A DNA stretch of 64,000 bases from a bacterium (lineage in GTDB: Bacteria > Desulfobacterota > Desulfocorpusculales > Desulfocorpusculum). Location: NCBI GenBank assembly GCA_037481695.1, contig JBBFLE010000020.1, positions 1,721 through 65,720 of the forward strand, written 5' to 3'. Below, one piece after another: positions 38,370 to 47,045 of this stretch. How positions within the stretch are numbered: the first letter of the stretch is position 1; every line of letters begins with the position of its first letter. Made by a program: the position numbers and the translations under genes. Under the pieces are notes generated by a model that worked only from the letters and a program-made list of their open reading frames with translations, made no database searches and was not told the DNA's origin.

Positions 38370-38539
38370 GGGCCAAAGTTAACCTGCCTCCGGCCCATCG
38401 TCAACCCCGCCGTGTTTATATGAGCTGGATAATTCCCCAGGATACCTGAGGTTGGGACTGCGCCCTTAAGTCCTTGGTACTGTTTTTAAGGCTTCCACCA
38501 GGCAAGGACCTCACTGGCAAAGTCAGGCTGCATCAAAGC

Positions 38540-38603
38540 ATGAATCAGTTCATCCCAGAAGATCCTCAAATTAGCTGGTGTCATTCATTGATCATTCATG
38601 ATG
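38540..38603. promoter_or_regulatory. Cluster of ATTCAT/ATGAAT half-sites (candidate operator) in the divergent fadH-like/hyp-operon region
   Basis: Palindrome ATGAA-TCAG-TTCAT (38540-38553), plus the direct repeat TCATTCAT-TGA-TCATTCAT with an 11-nt period (38581-38599). Confidence 0.35.
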
Positions 38604-38795
38604 CGGGCTAAAAGTGAGCTGTTTCTGTAGGATCCCTTTCCGAGTACAATAGAGTTCAGTGCGCTCTGGGGAAATCCCCAGAGGGTCCCCTTAGGAGACG
38701 GCTTGGGATCCAGTATAGGTCCGGATAAAGGGCATCCGGGGTTGTACCGTAAGGAGACTTAAGGCTCCAGCCGCCTAGGCAAAGGGAGAAAACAT

Positions 38796-39794
38796 ATGGG
38801 CCCACTTTTCGACCATGGCATGGCCCAGCATTACGACGCCTGGTTCATGAGCCCCAGGGGTAGACACGTGGAGGAGGTGGAGAACCAGCTCATACTGGAC
38901 CTCCTAAGACCCCAGGCCGGAGAGAGCTTGCTGGATGTGGGCTGCGGTACTGGGAACCACCTGCTGCTTTTTAGGCAACTGGGTTTGGATGTGTGCGGAG
39001 TAGATCCTTCGGAGCCCATGCTTCAGATTGCCAGGCAAAAGCTGGGCAGCAGCGTGGAGCTCAACTTGGCCTCTGCTGAGGAGCTTCCTTACGAGGACAA
39101 TGCCTTTGACATAGTGACCCTCATCTCCAGCCTGGAATTTACCCATGCTCTCCATGCCCTTTCTGAAGCCGCAAGAGTGGCCCGCTCCAGGGTTTTCATA
39201 GGAGTTCTCAATAGCTTCTCGGCCAATGGCATTCAGCGCCGCATGGAGGCCTTGCTGAGGCCTACTATTTACCGTCACGCGAAGTTTTACAATGTCTGGG
39301 AACTCAATTTCCTTGTGCACAAAGTGGTGGGGACCTGCCGGGTGCAATGGGGAAGTGTTCTTTGGCTTCCCCTCAAGTTCTATTCCCTGGACAAGAAACT
39401 GAGCCGCTGGATGCCCCGCCTGAGAAATCCTTTCGGTGCGTTTCTGGGCATGAGCATACAACTGGGCTACTCCTACAGGGCCTTGTTGAATCCCATCAGG
39501 GCCAACTGGTCAGCCGCCAGGAAGGTGGATCCCTCTTGTTGCCCCCTGCACAGAGATCTGGGCCCTGCTTCTGGCCAAAACCACTGGCAAGGGACCAGGG
39601 ATAGAAAAGTCAACTCCTTGGGGCTCAGCCATCCTGGGAAACATCTCCTTGGGGAGTTGAGTGGGAAAAAGAAAAAACATGGATCACAGTATGCCGAGCA
39701 AAACTCAGTCAACGCTTGGCCTCATGACCTTGTGCCGGCTCTTTGGAGGTGCTTGCTCAAGAGCCAAGCCATGGGCCCCGGAGGTGTGAGATGA
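38796..39794 (+). CDS. Class I SAM-dependent methyltransferase with an atypical ~100-aa C-terminal extension
   Basis: Motif I LLDVGCGTGNH and an acidic loop VCGVDPSEPM. The core fold appears complete by about residue 230. The stop overlaps the next gene's ATG (ATGA at 39791-39794). Confidence 0.75.
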   Translation: MGPLFDHGMAQHYDAWFMSPRGRHVEEVENQLILDLLRPQAGESLLDVGCGTGNHLLLFRQLGLDVCGVDPSEPMLQIARQKLGSSVELNLASAEELPYEDNAFDIVTLISSLEFTHALHALSEAARVARSRVFIGVLNSFSANGIQRRMEALLRPTIYRHAKFYNVWELNFLVHKVVGTCRVQWGSVLWLPLKFYSLDKKLSRWMPRLRNPFGAFLGMSIQLGYSYRALLNPIRANWSAARKVDPSCCPLHRDLGPASGQNHWQGTRDRKVNSLGLSHPGKHLLGELSGKKKKHGSQYAEQNSVNAWPHDLVPALWRCLLKSQAMGPGGVR

Positions 39795-40798
39795 GGGAAG
39801 CTATCCTTTGGGGAAAAGCCGATACAGGCCGCATACAGTGCCGCCTGTGCAACCACAGGTGCATCATAGACGAAGGGAAAGCTGGAGTCTGCCAGGTAAG
39901 GGTGAACAAAGGGGGAGTTCTTTATACTCTGGTGTATGGAAAAGTGGTGGCCGAAAATGTGGATCCCATAGAGAAGAAGCCTCTTTTCCACGTGCAGCCC
40001 GCCAGCCGATCCTATTCCATTGCCACCTGCGGTTGTAACTTCAGATGCCTCCACTGCCAGAATCACGAGATCTCCCAAATGCCCAGGGACGAGTCCCGCA
40101 TCGTGGGATGGGAGGTTAGTCCCCAGGAGATAGTCAGAAAGGCCAGGGCCTCTGGGTGCTCCAGCATTTCCTACACCTATACGGAGCCCACCATATACCT
40201 GGAATTTGCCCTGGATGTGGCAAGACTGGCCAGAGAAGAGGGCCTTCTGAACATCTTCGTGACAAATGGTTACATGAGCCAGGAGGCTCTGGAGGAATTC
40301 CATCCCCATCTAGATGCCGCCAATGTGGACTTGAAGGCTGCCACCGACGAGTTCTACAGGAAGATCTGTGGGGCCAGGATAGAGCCTGTTAAGCAATCCA
40401 TCCGCAAGATGCGTTCCCTGGGAATTTGGGTGGAGGTCACAACCCTGATCATTCCAGGACTAAACGACGATCCTGAGGGGCTGAGGGAAATCGCCCGATT
40501 CATTCTTTCCGTCGGCTGCGAAATCCCCTGGCATGTAAGCGCATTTCATCCTACATACCGGCTCACCGATAGACCCCGCACCTCAGTTGAAACCTTGAGA
40601 AAGGCAAGACAGATCGGCCTCTCGGAAGGGCTGAAATATGTTTATTGCGGGAACATTCCCGGAGAAGGAGAGGACACTTACTGCCCGGGCTGTGGGGAGT
40701 TGCTGTTGAAAAGAGTAGGCTTCAGGGTCTTGGAAAACAGCCTCAGGAATGCCTGCTGCCCTAGTTGCTCTGCCCGCCTGGATGGAATAGGACTTTGA
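39791..40798 (+). CDS. Radical SAM enzyme, AmmeMemoRadiSam (AmrS) type
   Basis: CX3CX2C cluster CNFRCLHC, N-terminal CRLCNHRC...GVC, C-terminal CPGCG...CCPSC. Start refined to ATG 39791 (MREAILWGK...). Confidence 0.85.
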   Translation: MREAILWGKADTGRIQCRLCNHRCIIDEGKAGVCQVRVNKGGVLYTLVYGKVVAENVDPIEKKPLFHVQPASRSYSIATCGCNFRCLHCQNHEISQMPRDESRIVGWEVSPQEIVRKARASGCSSISYTYTEPTIYLEFALDVARLAREEGLLNIFVTNGYMSQEALEEFHPHLDAANVDLKAATDEFYRKICGARIEPVKQSIRKMRSLGIWVEVTTLIIPGLNDDPEGLREIARFILSVGCEIPWHVSAFHPTYRLTDRPRTSVETLRKARQIGLSEGLKYVYCGNIPGEGEDTYCPGCGELLLKRVGFRVLENSLRNACCPSCSARLDGIGL

Positions 40799-40802
40799 GA
40801 GA

Positions 40803-43193
40803 ATGGAAGGTCCTTTGGGCAGGCGTGCCTGCCCCAAACAAACCCCAAAGCAAAGGGAGAACCTCCCTGCCGGGGACTCCAGGGACCAGGGCTCACAAAG
40901 GAGCGCCTATTGTATAAAGGTCAAAGGTGTGGTCCAGGGGGTGGGCTTTCGGCCCTTCGTGCATAACCTGGCCACCTCTTTGGAACTTTCAGGATTTGTC
41001 CTGAACTCCACAGAAGGGGTGCTGATCCATGTGGAAGGAGCCCCACCGGCCCGCTTGGACAGCTTCTTAAAACGCTTCTCCCAAGAGCTGCCGCCCCTTG
41101 CCTCCATTGAGTGCCTTGAAACACTCCAGGTGGAACCACAAGGCTACCAGGAATTCACCATAAGGGAGAGCCTTTCGGCAGGAGGAGGCTACGTGCTGGT
41201 ATCTCCGGACATAGCCCTCTGCCCAGACTGTCTGAGGGAGATGGAAGACCCGGCGGACAGAAGATATGACTACCCCTTCATCAACTGCACCAATTGCGGC
41301 CCACGCTACACAATAATAAAAAACATCCCTTACGACAGGCCCGAAACCACCATGGCAGCCTTTCCCATGTGCTCCCCATGTCGCGCCGAATACCTGGATC
41401 CAACCAACAGGAGGTTTCATGCCCAGCCCATTTCTTGTCCTTGGTGTGGTCCCACCGTGTGGCTGGTGGCCTCAAAGAAGTCCTGGAATTCCGAGTGGGC
41501 GGAAATCCGTGGAATCATACCTGCCTTGGACAAGGCCAGAAGTCTATTGAAACAGGGGCGTATCCTGGCCCTCAAAGGACTTGGCGGGTTTCACATAGCC
41601 TGTGATGCCACCAATGAGGCAGCCGTGAGAAGGCTAAGAGAAGCCAAGCGCAGGAACAACAAACCCCTTGCCGTGATGTGCAAGGACCTGGAGACCGCCA
41701 GCAAATTCGCTTTGGTGGGGCCCCAGGAAGCGGCCCTTCTGACGGGCCCCAGAAGCCCCATATGCCTGCTTCCCAAAAGGGAAGGCACTAGCGCGATCTG
41801 TGGACTCGTGGCCCCTGGGAACAAATACCTCGGGATAATGCTGCCTTATACGCCTTTGCACAGGCTTCTCTTTAAAGAAGGACTCGAGGTCCTGGTCATG
41901 ACCAGCGGGAATTGGTCCGAGGAGCCCATAGTGGCCGAGAACCAGGAAGCCCTCCATCAACTGGCCCCTCTGGTGGATGCTTTCCTGCTGCACGACAGGG
42001 ACATTCACGTGAGGTTGGACGACTCTGTGGTGAAGTTTGTTCTTGGGGCAGAGCAGGTTGTACGAAGGGCCAGGGGTTTTGTGCCTTCTCCCATTGACTT
42101 GGGCAGAAGCTATCCCCAGGTCATGGGCTGCGGGGCGCAGATGAAAAATACCTTCTGCTTGATCAAAGATCGTTTTGCCATCCTCAGTCAGCACCTGGGA
42201 GACCTGGAGAACTTTGAATGCTTGGTTTTTTTCAATCAGGTCCTGGAACACCTGAGGAAGCTGTACAGAGTTGATCCCGTTCTTATAGCCCATGACATGC
42301 ATCCCGATTACCTCTCCACACGCTGGGCTTTGGCTCAGCAAGACAAACAGCTCGTACAGGTTCAGCACCATCACGCCCATGTTGTGAGCTGCATGGCAGA
42401 GTGGGGTCTTCAAGGGCCGGTCATAGGGGTAGCCTTTGATGGAACAGGATACGGACCAGACAAGGCAGTTTGGGGAGGAGAGTTCCTGGTGGCAGATCGA
42501 GCTGGCTTCCGCAGGGCTGGCCACCTGGCATATGTGCCTCTTTTGGGGGCAGAGACTTCAGTCAGGGAACCCTGGCGCATGGCCTTCAGTCATATGTGGG
42601 CAGCAGGCCTGGAAGAGCCTGAGATTCTAAGCTGGGCTTCACCTTGGGGGGAAGAAACGGCCTGGAACTTGCTTGTGATGGCCAAGAAGAAATTTAGGTG
42701 TCCTCCCACATCCAGTGCCGGAAGACTTTTCGATGCGGTCTGCTCCTTGTTGGGAATCCGCCACAGGATCACTTTCGAGGGCGAGGCGGCCATGGACCTG
42801 GAAATGATCTCTGACACCAACGAACAGGGCCTCTTTGAATTCCAGATCCTGGACGGGGATCCTCTGCTGGTAGATCCCGGCCCGGTGATCCGAAGCATTT
42901 GGAGAGAGGTTCAAGAAGGTGAGGCAGTCGGAGTCATAGGCGGGCGTTTTCACAACGCAATGGCAGAGATGGTGACTAGGGTATGCGAGAAGATAAGGTC
43001 AAGGGAGTCCCTCAATAGAGTTTGCCTAAGCGGGGGCGTTTTCCAAAACTCATTTCTTCTGGAAAGGACAGTCTCCAGGTTGGAAAAAAAGGGCTTTCGG
43101 GTGTACATTCATCGGCGGGTTCCTACAAACGACGGAGGAGTTTCCCTGGGCCAGGCGGTTGTGGGGGCATCTTTGTTGGAAGACTTAAGATGA
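40803..43193 (+). CDS. hypF: [NiFe]-hydrogenase maturation carbamoyltransferase HypF
   Basis: 796 aa. Acylphosphatase domain (VQGVGFRPFV), two zinc-finger pairs (CPDC...CTNCGPRYT; CSPC...CPWCGP), YrdC-like and Kae1-like domains. Confidence 0.95.
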   Translation: MEGPLGRRACPKQTPKQRENLPAGDSRDQGSQRSAYCIKVKGVVQGVGFRPFVHNLATSLELSGFVLNSTEGVLIHVEGAPPARLDSFLKRFSQELPPLASIECLETLQVEPQGYQEFTIRESLSAGGGYVLVSPDIALCPDCLREMEDPADRRYDYPFINCTNCGPRYTIIKNIPYDRPETTMAAFPMCSPCRAEYLDPTNRRFHAQPISCPWCGPTVWLVASKKSWNSEWAEIRGIIPALDKARSLLKQGRILALKGLGGFHIACDATNEAAVRRLREAKRRNNKPLAVMCKDLETASKFALVGPQEAALLTGPRSPICLLPKREGTSAICGLVAPGNKYLGIMLPYTPLHRLLFKEGLEVLVMTSGNWSEEPIVAENQEALHQLAPLVDAFLLHDRDIHVRLDDSVVKFVLGAEQVVRRARGFVPSPIDLGRSYPQVMGCGAQMKNTFCLIKDRFAILSQHLGDLENFECLVFFNQVLEHLRKLYRVDPVLIAHDMHPDYLSTRWALAQQDKQLVQVQHHHAHVVSCMAEWGLQGPVIGVAFDGTGYGPDKAVWGGEFLVADRAGFRRAGHLAYVPLLGAETSVREPWRMAFSHMWAAGLEEPEILSWASPWGEETAWNLLVMAKKKFRCPPTSSAGRLFDAVCSLLGIRHRITFEGEAAMDLEMISDTNEQGLFEFQILDGDPLLVDPGPVIRSIWREVQEGEAVGVIGGRFHNAMAEMVTRVCEKIRSRESLNRVCLSGGVFQNSFLLERTVSRLEKKGFRVYIHRRVPTNDGGVSLGQAVVGASLLEDLR

Positions 43194-44329
43194 GATTCTT
43201 GGAGGAGTTTCGGGATCCAGAAACCGCCAGGGGGCTTCTCGATAGCATCCGGGTTATGGCCCGCGGTCTGCCCCAGGTGCGCTTAATGGAGGTCTGCGGA
43301 ACCCACACCGTGAGCATATTCCGTTACGGTATAAGGGATCTCTTACCCGAAAACATCAGGCTCATCTCGGGCCCTGGCTGCCCCGTATGCGTAACCCCCA
43401 GTGTCTTTCTGGATCAAGCCATTTGTATTGCCAGGGAGCCAGATGTGACCCTGGTGAGCTTTGGCGACATGATGAGAATCCCTGGTTCTGAATCAAGTTT
43501 GGAGATGGAACGAGCAAGAGGCAGGGATGTGAGGGTCGTCTATTCCCCCCTAGACGCACTTCAGATCGCCAGAGAGAACCCCTCACGCCTTGTGGTTTTC
43601 CTTGGGGTGGGTTTTGAGACAACGGCCCCAGCCGTGGGAGTTACTCTGCTCAGGGCCAAGGCTGAGGGGATTGGGAATTTTTTGGTTTTGGGGGCCCACA
43701 AGAGAATAGTGCCAGCCATGGAGGCTCTGCTGAAAACAGAGGGGTTTTCCCTGGATGGTTTCATATGCCCGCCCCATGTGAGCGCTGTAATAGGCAGCCG
43801 TCCTTACCAGGTGCTGGCCGAATCCTGGAATATGCCCTGTGTGGTGACAGGATTCGAACCCTTGGACATATTGCAGGGAATTCACATGCTGCTGGAGCAG
43901 ATTCTCGCGGGAGAACACAAGGTGCAGGTGCAGTACAGAAGAGCTGTGCCCAATGGTGGGAATCCGGCTGCCATGAGGGTGATGGAAGAGGTGTTCCAGG
44001 TGAAAGAAAGCCTCTGGAGGGGGCTGGGCAAAATAGCCAAGAGTGGTCTGGAGATCCATGAGGGTTTTTCCCATTTTGATGCCATGGTCCGTTTCCAGCC
44101 GCAAATTACTGAAGCCTTGGATCCCCCGGGGTGTCAATGCGGGGATGTGCTAAGGGGAGTATTGGAGCCATGGAATTGCAAGATGTTCGGGACTCTTTGC
44201 ACACCCCAAAGGCCCCTGGGCCCTTGTATGGTCTCGGGTGAGGGAACCTGCGCAGCCCATTTCAAGTATGGGTGGAAACTCTTGCAGAAAAACAAGGCAG
44301 GATTCAAAGGAGGCCATCGTGGACAGTAG
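43190..44329 (+). CDS. hypD: [NiFe]-hydrogenase maturation protein HypD
   Basis: Start refined to ATG 43190 (MRFLEEFRD...), which forms ATGA with the hypF stop. Motifs MEVCGTHT and GPGCPVCVTP. Confidence 0.9.
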   Translation: MRFLEEFRDPETARGLLDSIRVMARGLPQVRLMEVCGTHTVSIFRYGIRDLLPENIRLISGPGCPVCVTPSVFLDQAICIAREPDVTLVSFGDMMRIPGSESSLEMERARGRDVRVVYSPLDALQIARENPSRLVVFLGVGFETTAPAVGVTLLRAKAEGIGNFLVLGAHKRIVPAMEALLKTEGFSLDGFICPPHVSAVIGSRPYQVLAESWNMPCVVTGFEPLDILQGIHMLLEQILAGEHKVQVQYRRAVPNGGNPAAMRVMEEVFQVKESLWRGLGKIAKSGLEIHEGFSHFDAMVRFQPQITEALDPPGCQCGDVLRGVLEPWNCKMFGTLCTPQRPLGPCMVSGEGTCAAHFKYGWKLLQKNKAGFKGGHRGQ

Positions 44330-45329
44330 GATTCTCTTGGATCATGGAGGGGGAGGTCTTCTCATGGCACAACTCATCCGGGAGATCCTTGTGCCTATAC
44401 TGGACAATGATGTCCTGCGAAGGCTGGGCGACTCGGCCATTTTACAGATAGACAAAGGGGAGCGTCTTGCCTTCACCACCGACTCCTACGTGATCTCCCC
44501 CATCTTTTTCCCTGGCGGAGATATTGGTAGGTTGGCCGTCAGCGGAACCGTCAATGATCTGGCCATGGCAGGCGCCAGACCCTTGGCCTTGAGCCTCGGT
44601 TTGATCCTGGAAGAAGGATTCCCCATGGAAGACTTTATCAAGATCCTAGAATCCGTGCGAGACACAGCCCGAGAAACCGGGGTTGCAGTGGTTACCGGGG
44701 ATACCAAGGTGGTCAGAAAGGGCGAAGCAGACAACATCTTCATCAATACCTCCGGAATCGGAATTGTGTCTCCGGGCATAGACACTTCAGGACGTAGGGT
44801 GGCCGAAGGGGATGTGGTCATTGTGAGCGGTCCCTTGGGAGACCACGGTGCGGCGGTGATGACCCAGAGAGAGGGCTTGAGGATGGAGGGAACCCTCAAA
44901 AGCGACGTAGCCCCTCTTTGGCCCCTGGTGGAGAGGCTCTTGACTTTGGGAGAGGCGGTCCATTTCCTTCGGGATCCCACCCGGGGAGGCTTGGCTTCTG
45001 TTTTACAGGAGCTGACCTGCATCACAGGCAAGTCAGTGGAACTCCAAGACAGGGACATACCGGTCAGAGCGGAAGTGCAGTCAATCTGTGAACTCTTGGG
45101 CTTGGATCCCCTGTATGTGGCTTGTGAGGGGAGGTTTGTGGCAGTGGTGGCCCAGCAGCAAAGCCAGAGGGCCTTGGAGCTCCTCAGGGGTCATCCCCAA
45201 GGGTCCGAGGCTAGAATCGTAGGCAGAATATTGGTGGACCCACCAGGGGTGGTCTTGTTAAGAACAGCCATAGGGGGAACCCGCCTTGTGCAGCTTCCCC
45301 TTGGAGAACAGTTGCCCAGGATATGTTAA
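44319..45329 (+). CDS. hypE: [NiFe]-hydrogenase maturation protein HypE
   Basis: Likely GTG start at 44319 (RBS AAAGGAGG 4-5 nt upstream), 11 nt inside hypD. PurM-like fold. Ends in the hallmark PRIC. Confidence 0.9.
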   Translation: MDSRILLDHGGGGLLMAQLIREILVPILDNDVLRRLGDSAILQIDKGERLAFTTDSYVISPIFFPGGDIGRLAVSGTVNDLAMAGARPLALSLGLILEEGFPMEDFIKILESVRDTARETGVAVVTGDTKVVRKGEADNIFINTSGIGIVSPGIDTSGRRVAEGDVVIVSGPLGDHGAAVMTQREGLRMEGTLKSDVAPLWPLVERLLTLGEAVHFLRDPTRGGLASVLQELTCITGKSVELQDRDIPVRAEVQSICELLGLDPLYVACEGRFVAVVAQQQSQRALELLRGHPQGSEARIVGRILVDPPGVVLLRTAIGGTRLVQLPLGEQLPRIC

Positions 45330-46047
45330 GGCTGAGGCCCTGCTGAGGGGATTTGGGCTTGGGAGGCTTGCCTAGGGATCTTCGCTTACCAGATGTGTCC
45401 AGAAGGTAACCGCCTTCCACTACTCTCCAATTTCCCTTGGCTCTCCCGGGCTTCTCAAGGGCAACCACAACCACCACCGTGGCCTTGACTCCCTTGGCCA
45501 GGAAATAGAAATTACCTTTCCAAACTCCCGAGGAGGACTCCTGGCTTCTCCAAAAGAAAAAAGGAAAAGGCCCCCACTGGAGTTCCCCGCCCAGGCTGGC
45601 AGCCAAAAGGGAATCCTCCATCAGGAATGATCTGGAGGCCTCATAAGCCTGGGGGATCTGCATTTCCTGGAACACCGGCATCATCACCAATGCAAAGAGC
45701 ACCAAGGCAGTGGAAAGCACCCTAAACCATGGGAAGCCCACCGAGGGCTTGGGCCTGTCCGGGGCCTGGGAAGAAGGGGGAGCCTCATGTGGTAGGGGAT
45801 CTCCGCACCACTTGCAAAAAGCAGCAGGCTCCTGGCTTTGACCGCAGCGGGAACATGTGACCTGTCCTTGTGCGGCCCCCGGAAATCTCTGCTGGAGTTT
45901 GTGGCGCAAGAGCTCCCCTAGGTTGGCCCCGCAGCGGCTGCACTTGGGCCTTCTGAGCATCTTGAGAACCCCCCATTGGGTAAGCTTGTAATTGGCTCCG
46001 CAAGCAGGGCATGTGATCTCGGTGGTGTTCATCTTGGTAAAGGCCAT
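45211..46047 (-). CDS. Double zinc-ribbon membrane protein with a Coa1-like extracytoplasmic domain
   Basis: Start refined to ATG 46047 (RBS AAGGAG, 7-nt spacing). CPACG...CSRCG and CSRCG...CKWCG ribbons, one TM helix, and a C-terminal domain resembling cytochrome oxidase assembly protein 1-like proteins. The last 39 codons overlap hypE antisense. Confidence 0.6.
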   Translation of the reverse strand: MAFTKMNTTEITCPACGANYKLTQWGVLKMLRRPKCSRCGANLGELLRHKLQQRFPGAAQGQVTCSRCGQSQEPAAFCKWCGDPLPHEAPPSSQAPDRPKPSVGFPWFRVLSTALVLFALVMMPVFQEMQIPQAYEASRSFLMEDSLLAASLGGELQWGPFPFFFWRSQESSSGVWKGNFYFLAKGVKATVVVVVALEKPGRAKGNWRVVEGGYLLDTSGKRRSLGKPPKPKSPQQGLSLNISWATVLQGEAAQGGFPLWLFLTRPPLVGPPIFCLRF

Positions 46048-46067
46048 CTTTGGGCTCCTTGCGCCTC

Positions 46068-46793
46068 TCACCAAAGGCGAGTGGCGTTCATGGAGGGGAA
46101 ACCCCTTTCCAGGATCTTGGCTGCAGCCTTGGCTATGTCGTAAGGGACAAAACGCACTCGAATTACCCCTTGCTCCGGGTCCCAGAGCACGTACTTGGCC
46201 CTGTTGTCCCCATCGCGGGGCTGCCCCACACTTCCCACATTCACGATGTATTTGCAATCAGCTCTAAGCAGGTGAGAACCTTGCTTCAGGCTTAAGATCT
46301 CCAGGCTCTTTCCGTCGAAGCCTACGAGCTCCAGCTGGTGTGTATGGCCTACGAAGCAAAGCCTTTGTTCCATGGATCTGAGAACTCCCATCAACTCTCC
46401 CCTGCTCAGTTCAAACAGATAGGTAGTGATCGAGTCAGGAGGCGAGCCATGCACCAAGAGGGCATCCCGCCAGACCATGGTTGGCTCCAGGCTCTCAATG
46501 TATTGCATTGTTTCTTTGGAAATCAAATCCCTTGTTATGAGCAGGGATTTCATGGTGGGAGGATTGAACCATTCCAACATGGAGGGATCCCTCAGACCCA
46601 GTTCATGATTCCCAAGGATTGTTGGGACCTGCCTTTCCCGCAACTCTTTAACAACGGCTTCGGGATCAGCACCGTATCCCAGGCTGTCCCCCAGGCAGAC
46701 TATTTCCTGGACTTCACAAAGCTCCATGTCCCGAAGCACTGCCTGAAGCGCTTCCAGGTTTCCATGCACGTCAGATATGATGGCCACCTGCAT
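46068..46793 (-). CDS. Metallophosphoesterase (YfcE/MJ0936-like)
   Basis: Motifs SDVHGN, GDSLGYG, GNHE, GHTH. Confidence 0.85.
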   Translation of the reverse strand: MQVAIISDVHGNLEALQAVLRDMELCEVQEIVCLGDSLGYGADPEAVVKELRERQVPTILGNHELGLRDPSMLEWFNPPTMKSLLITRDLISKETMQYIESLEPTMVWRDALLVHGSPPDSITTYLFELSRGELMGVLRSMEQRLCFVGHTHQLELVGFDGKSLEILSLKQGSHLLRADCKYIVNVGSVGQPRDGDNRAKYVLWDPEQGVIRVRFVPYDIAKAAAKILERGFPSMNATRLW

Positions 46794-47045
46794 AAAAAGA
46801 TTCTATCAGATCAGGAAGCCTCCAAAGAAGAGGATCCGAGGTTCCTTTTACCAACACCCCCTCATTGCCCCAAAGCAGCTGGTCTCATGAGCCCAGGCAA
46901 CACACCTAAGCAACTGGAAAAACATTGCTCCTTGTGCCGGTTACAGGCCTGTGGTACAAAAGATAAATTTCTTTGTTCCAGGGAATCGGGGGAAGGGGTG
47001 ATAAAAGAGTTGAATGGTCAAAGGCCCCTAGGTGCAAGGCCCAGG

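Noticed and set aside
41634-42524. 296-aa minus-strand ORF inside hypF
   Set aside because: It is antisense to an unambiguous HypF coding region and has no motifs. Shadow ORF. The same reasoning applies to 37560-38297, 19650-20384, 17344-18075, 43583-44137 and 44486-45058.
46048-46257. 70-codon N-terminal extension of the zinc-ribbon ORF
   Set aside because: It overlaps the 3' end of the same-strand phosphoesterase gene. The ATG at 46047 has an AAGGAG RBS at 7-nt spacing, 20 nt after that gene's stop.
46338-47045. 236-codon N-terminal extension of the ArsB/NhaD permease ORF in the supplied track
   Set aside because: It runs antisense through the metallophosphoesterase gene and the divergent promoter region. 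The ATG at 47046 gives a signal-peptide-like N-terminus.
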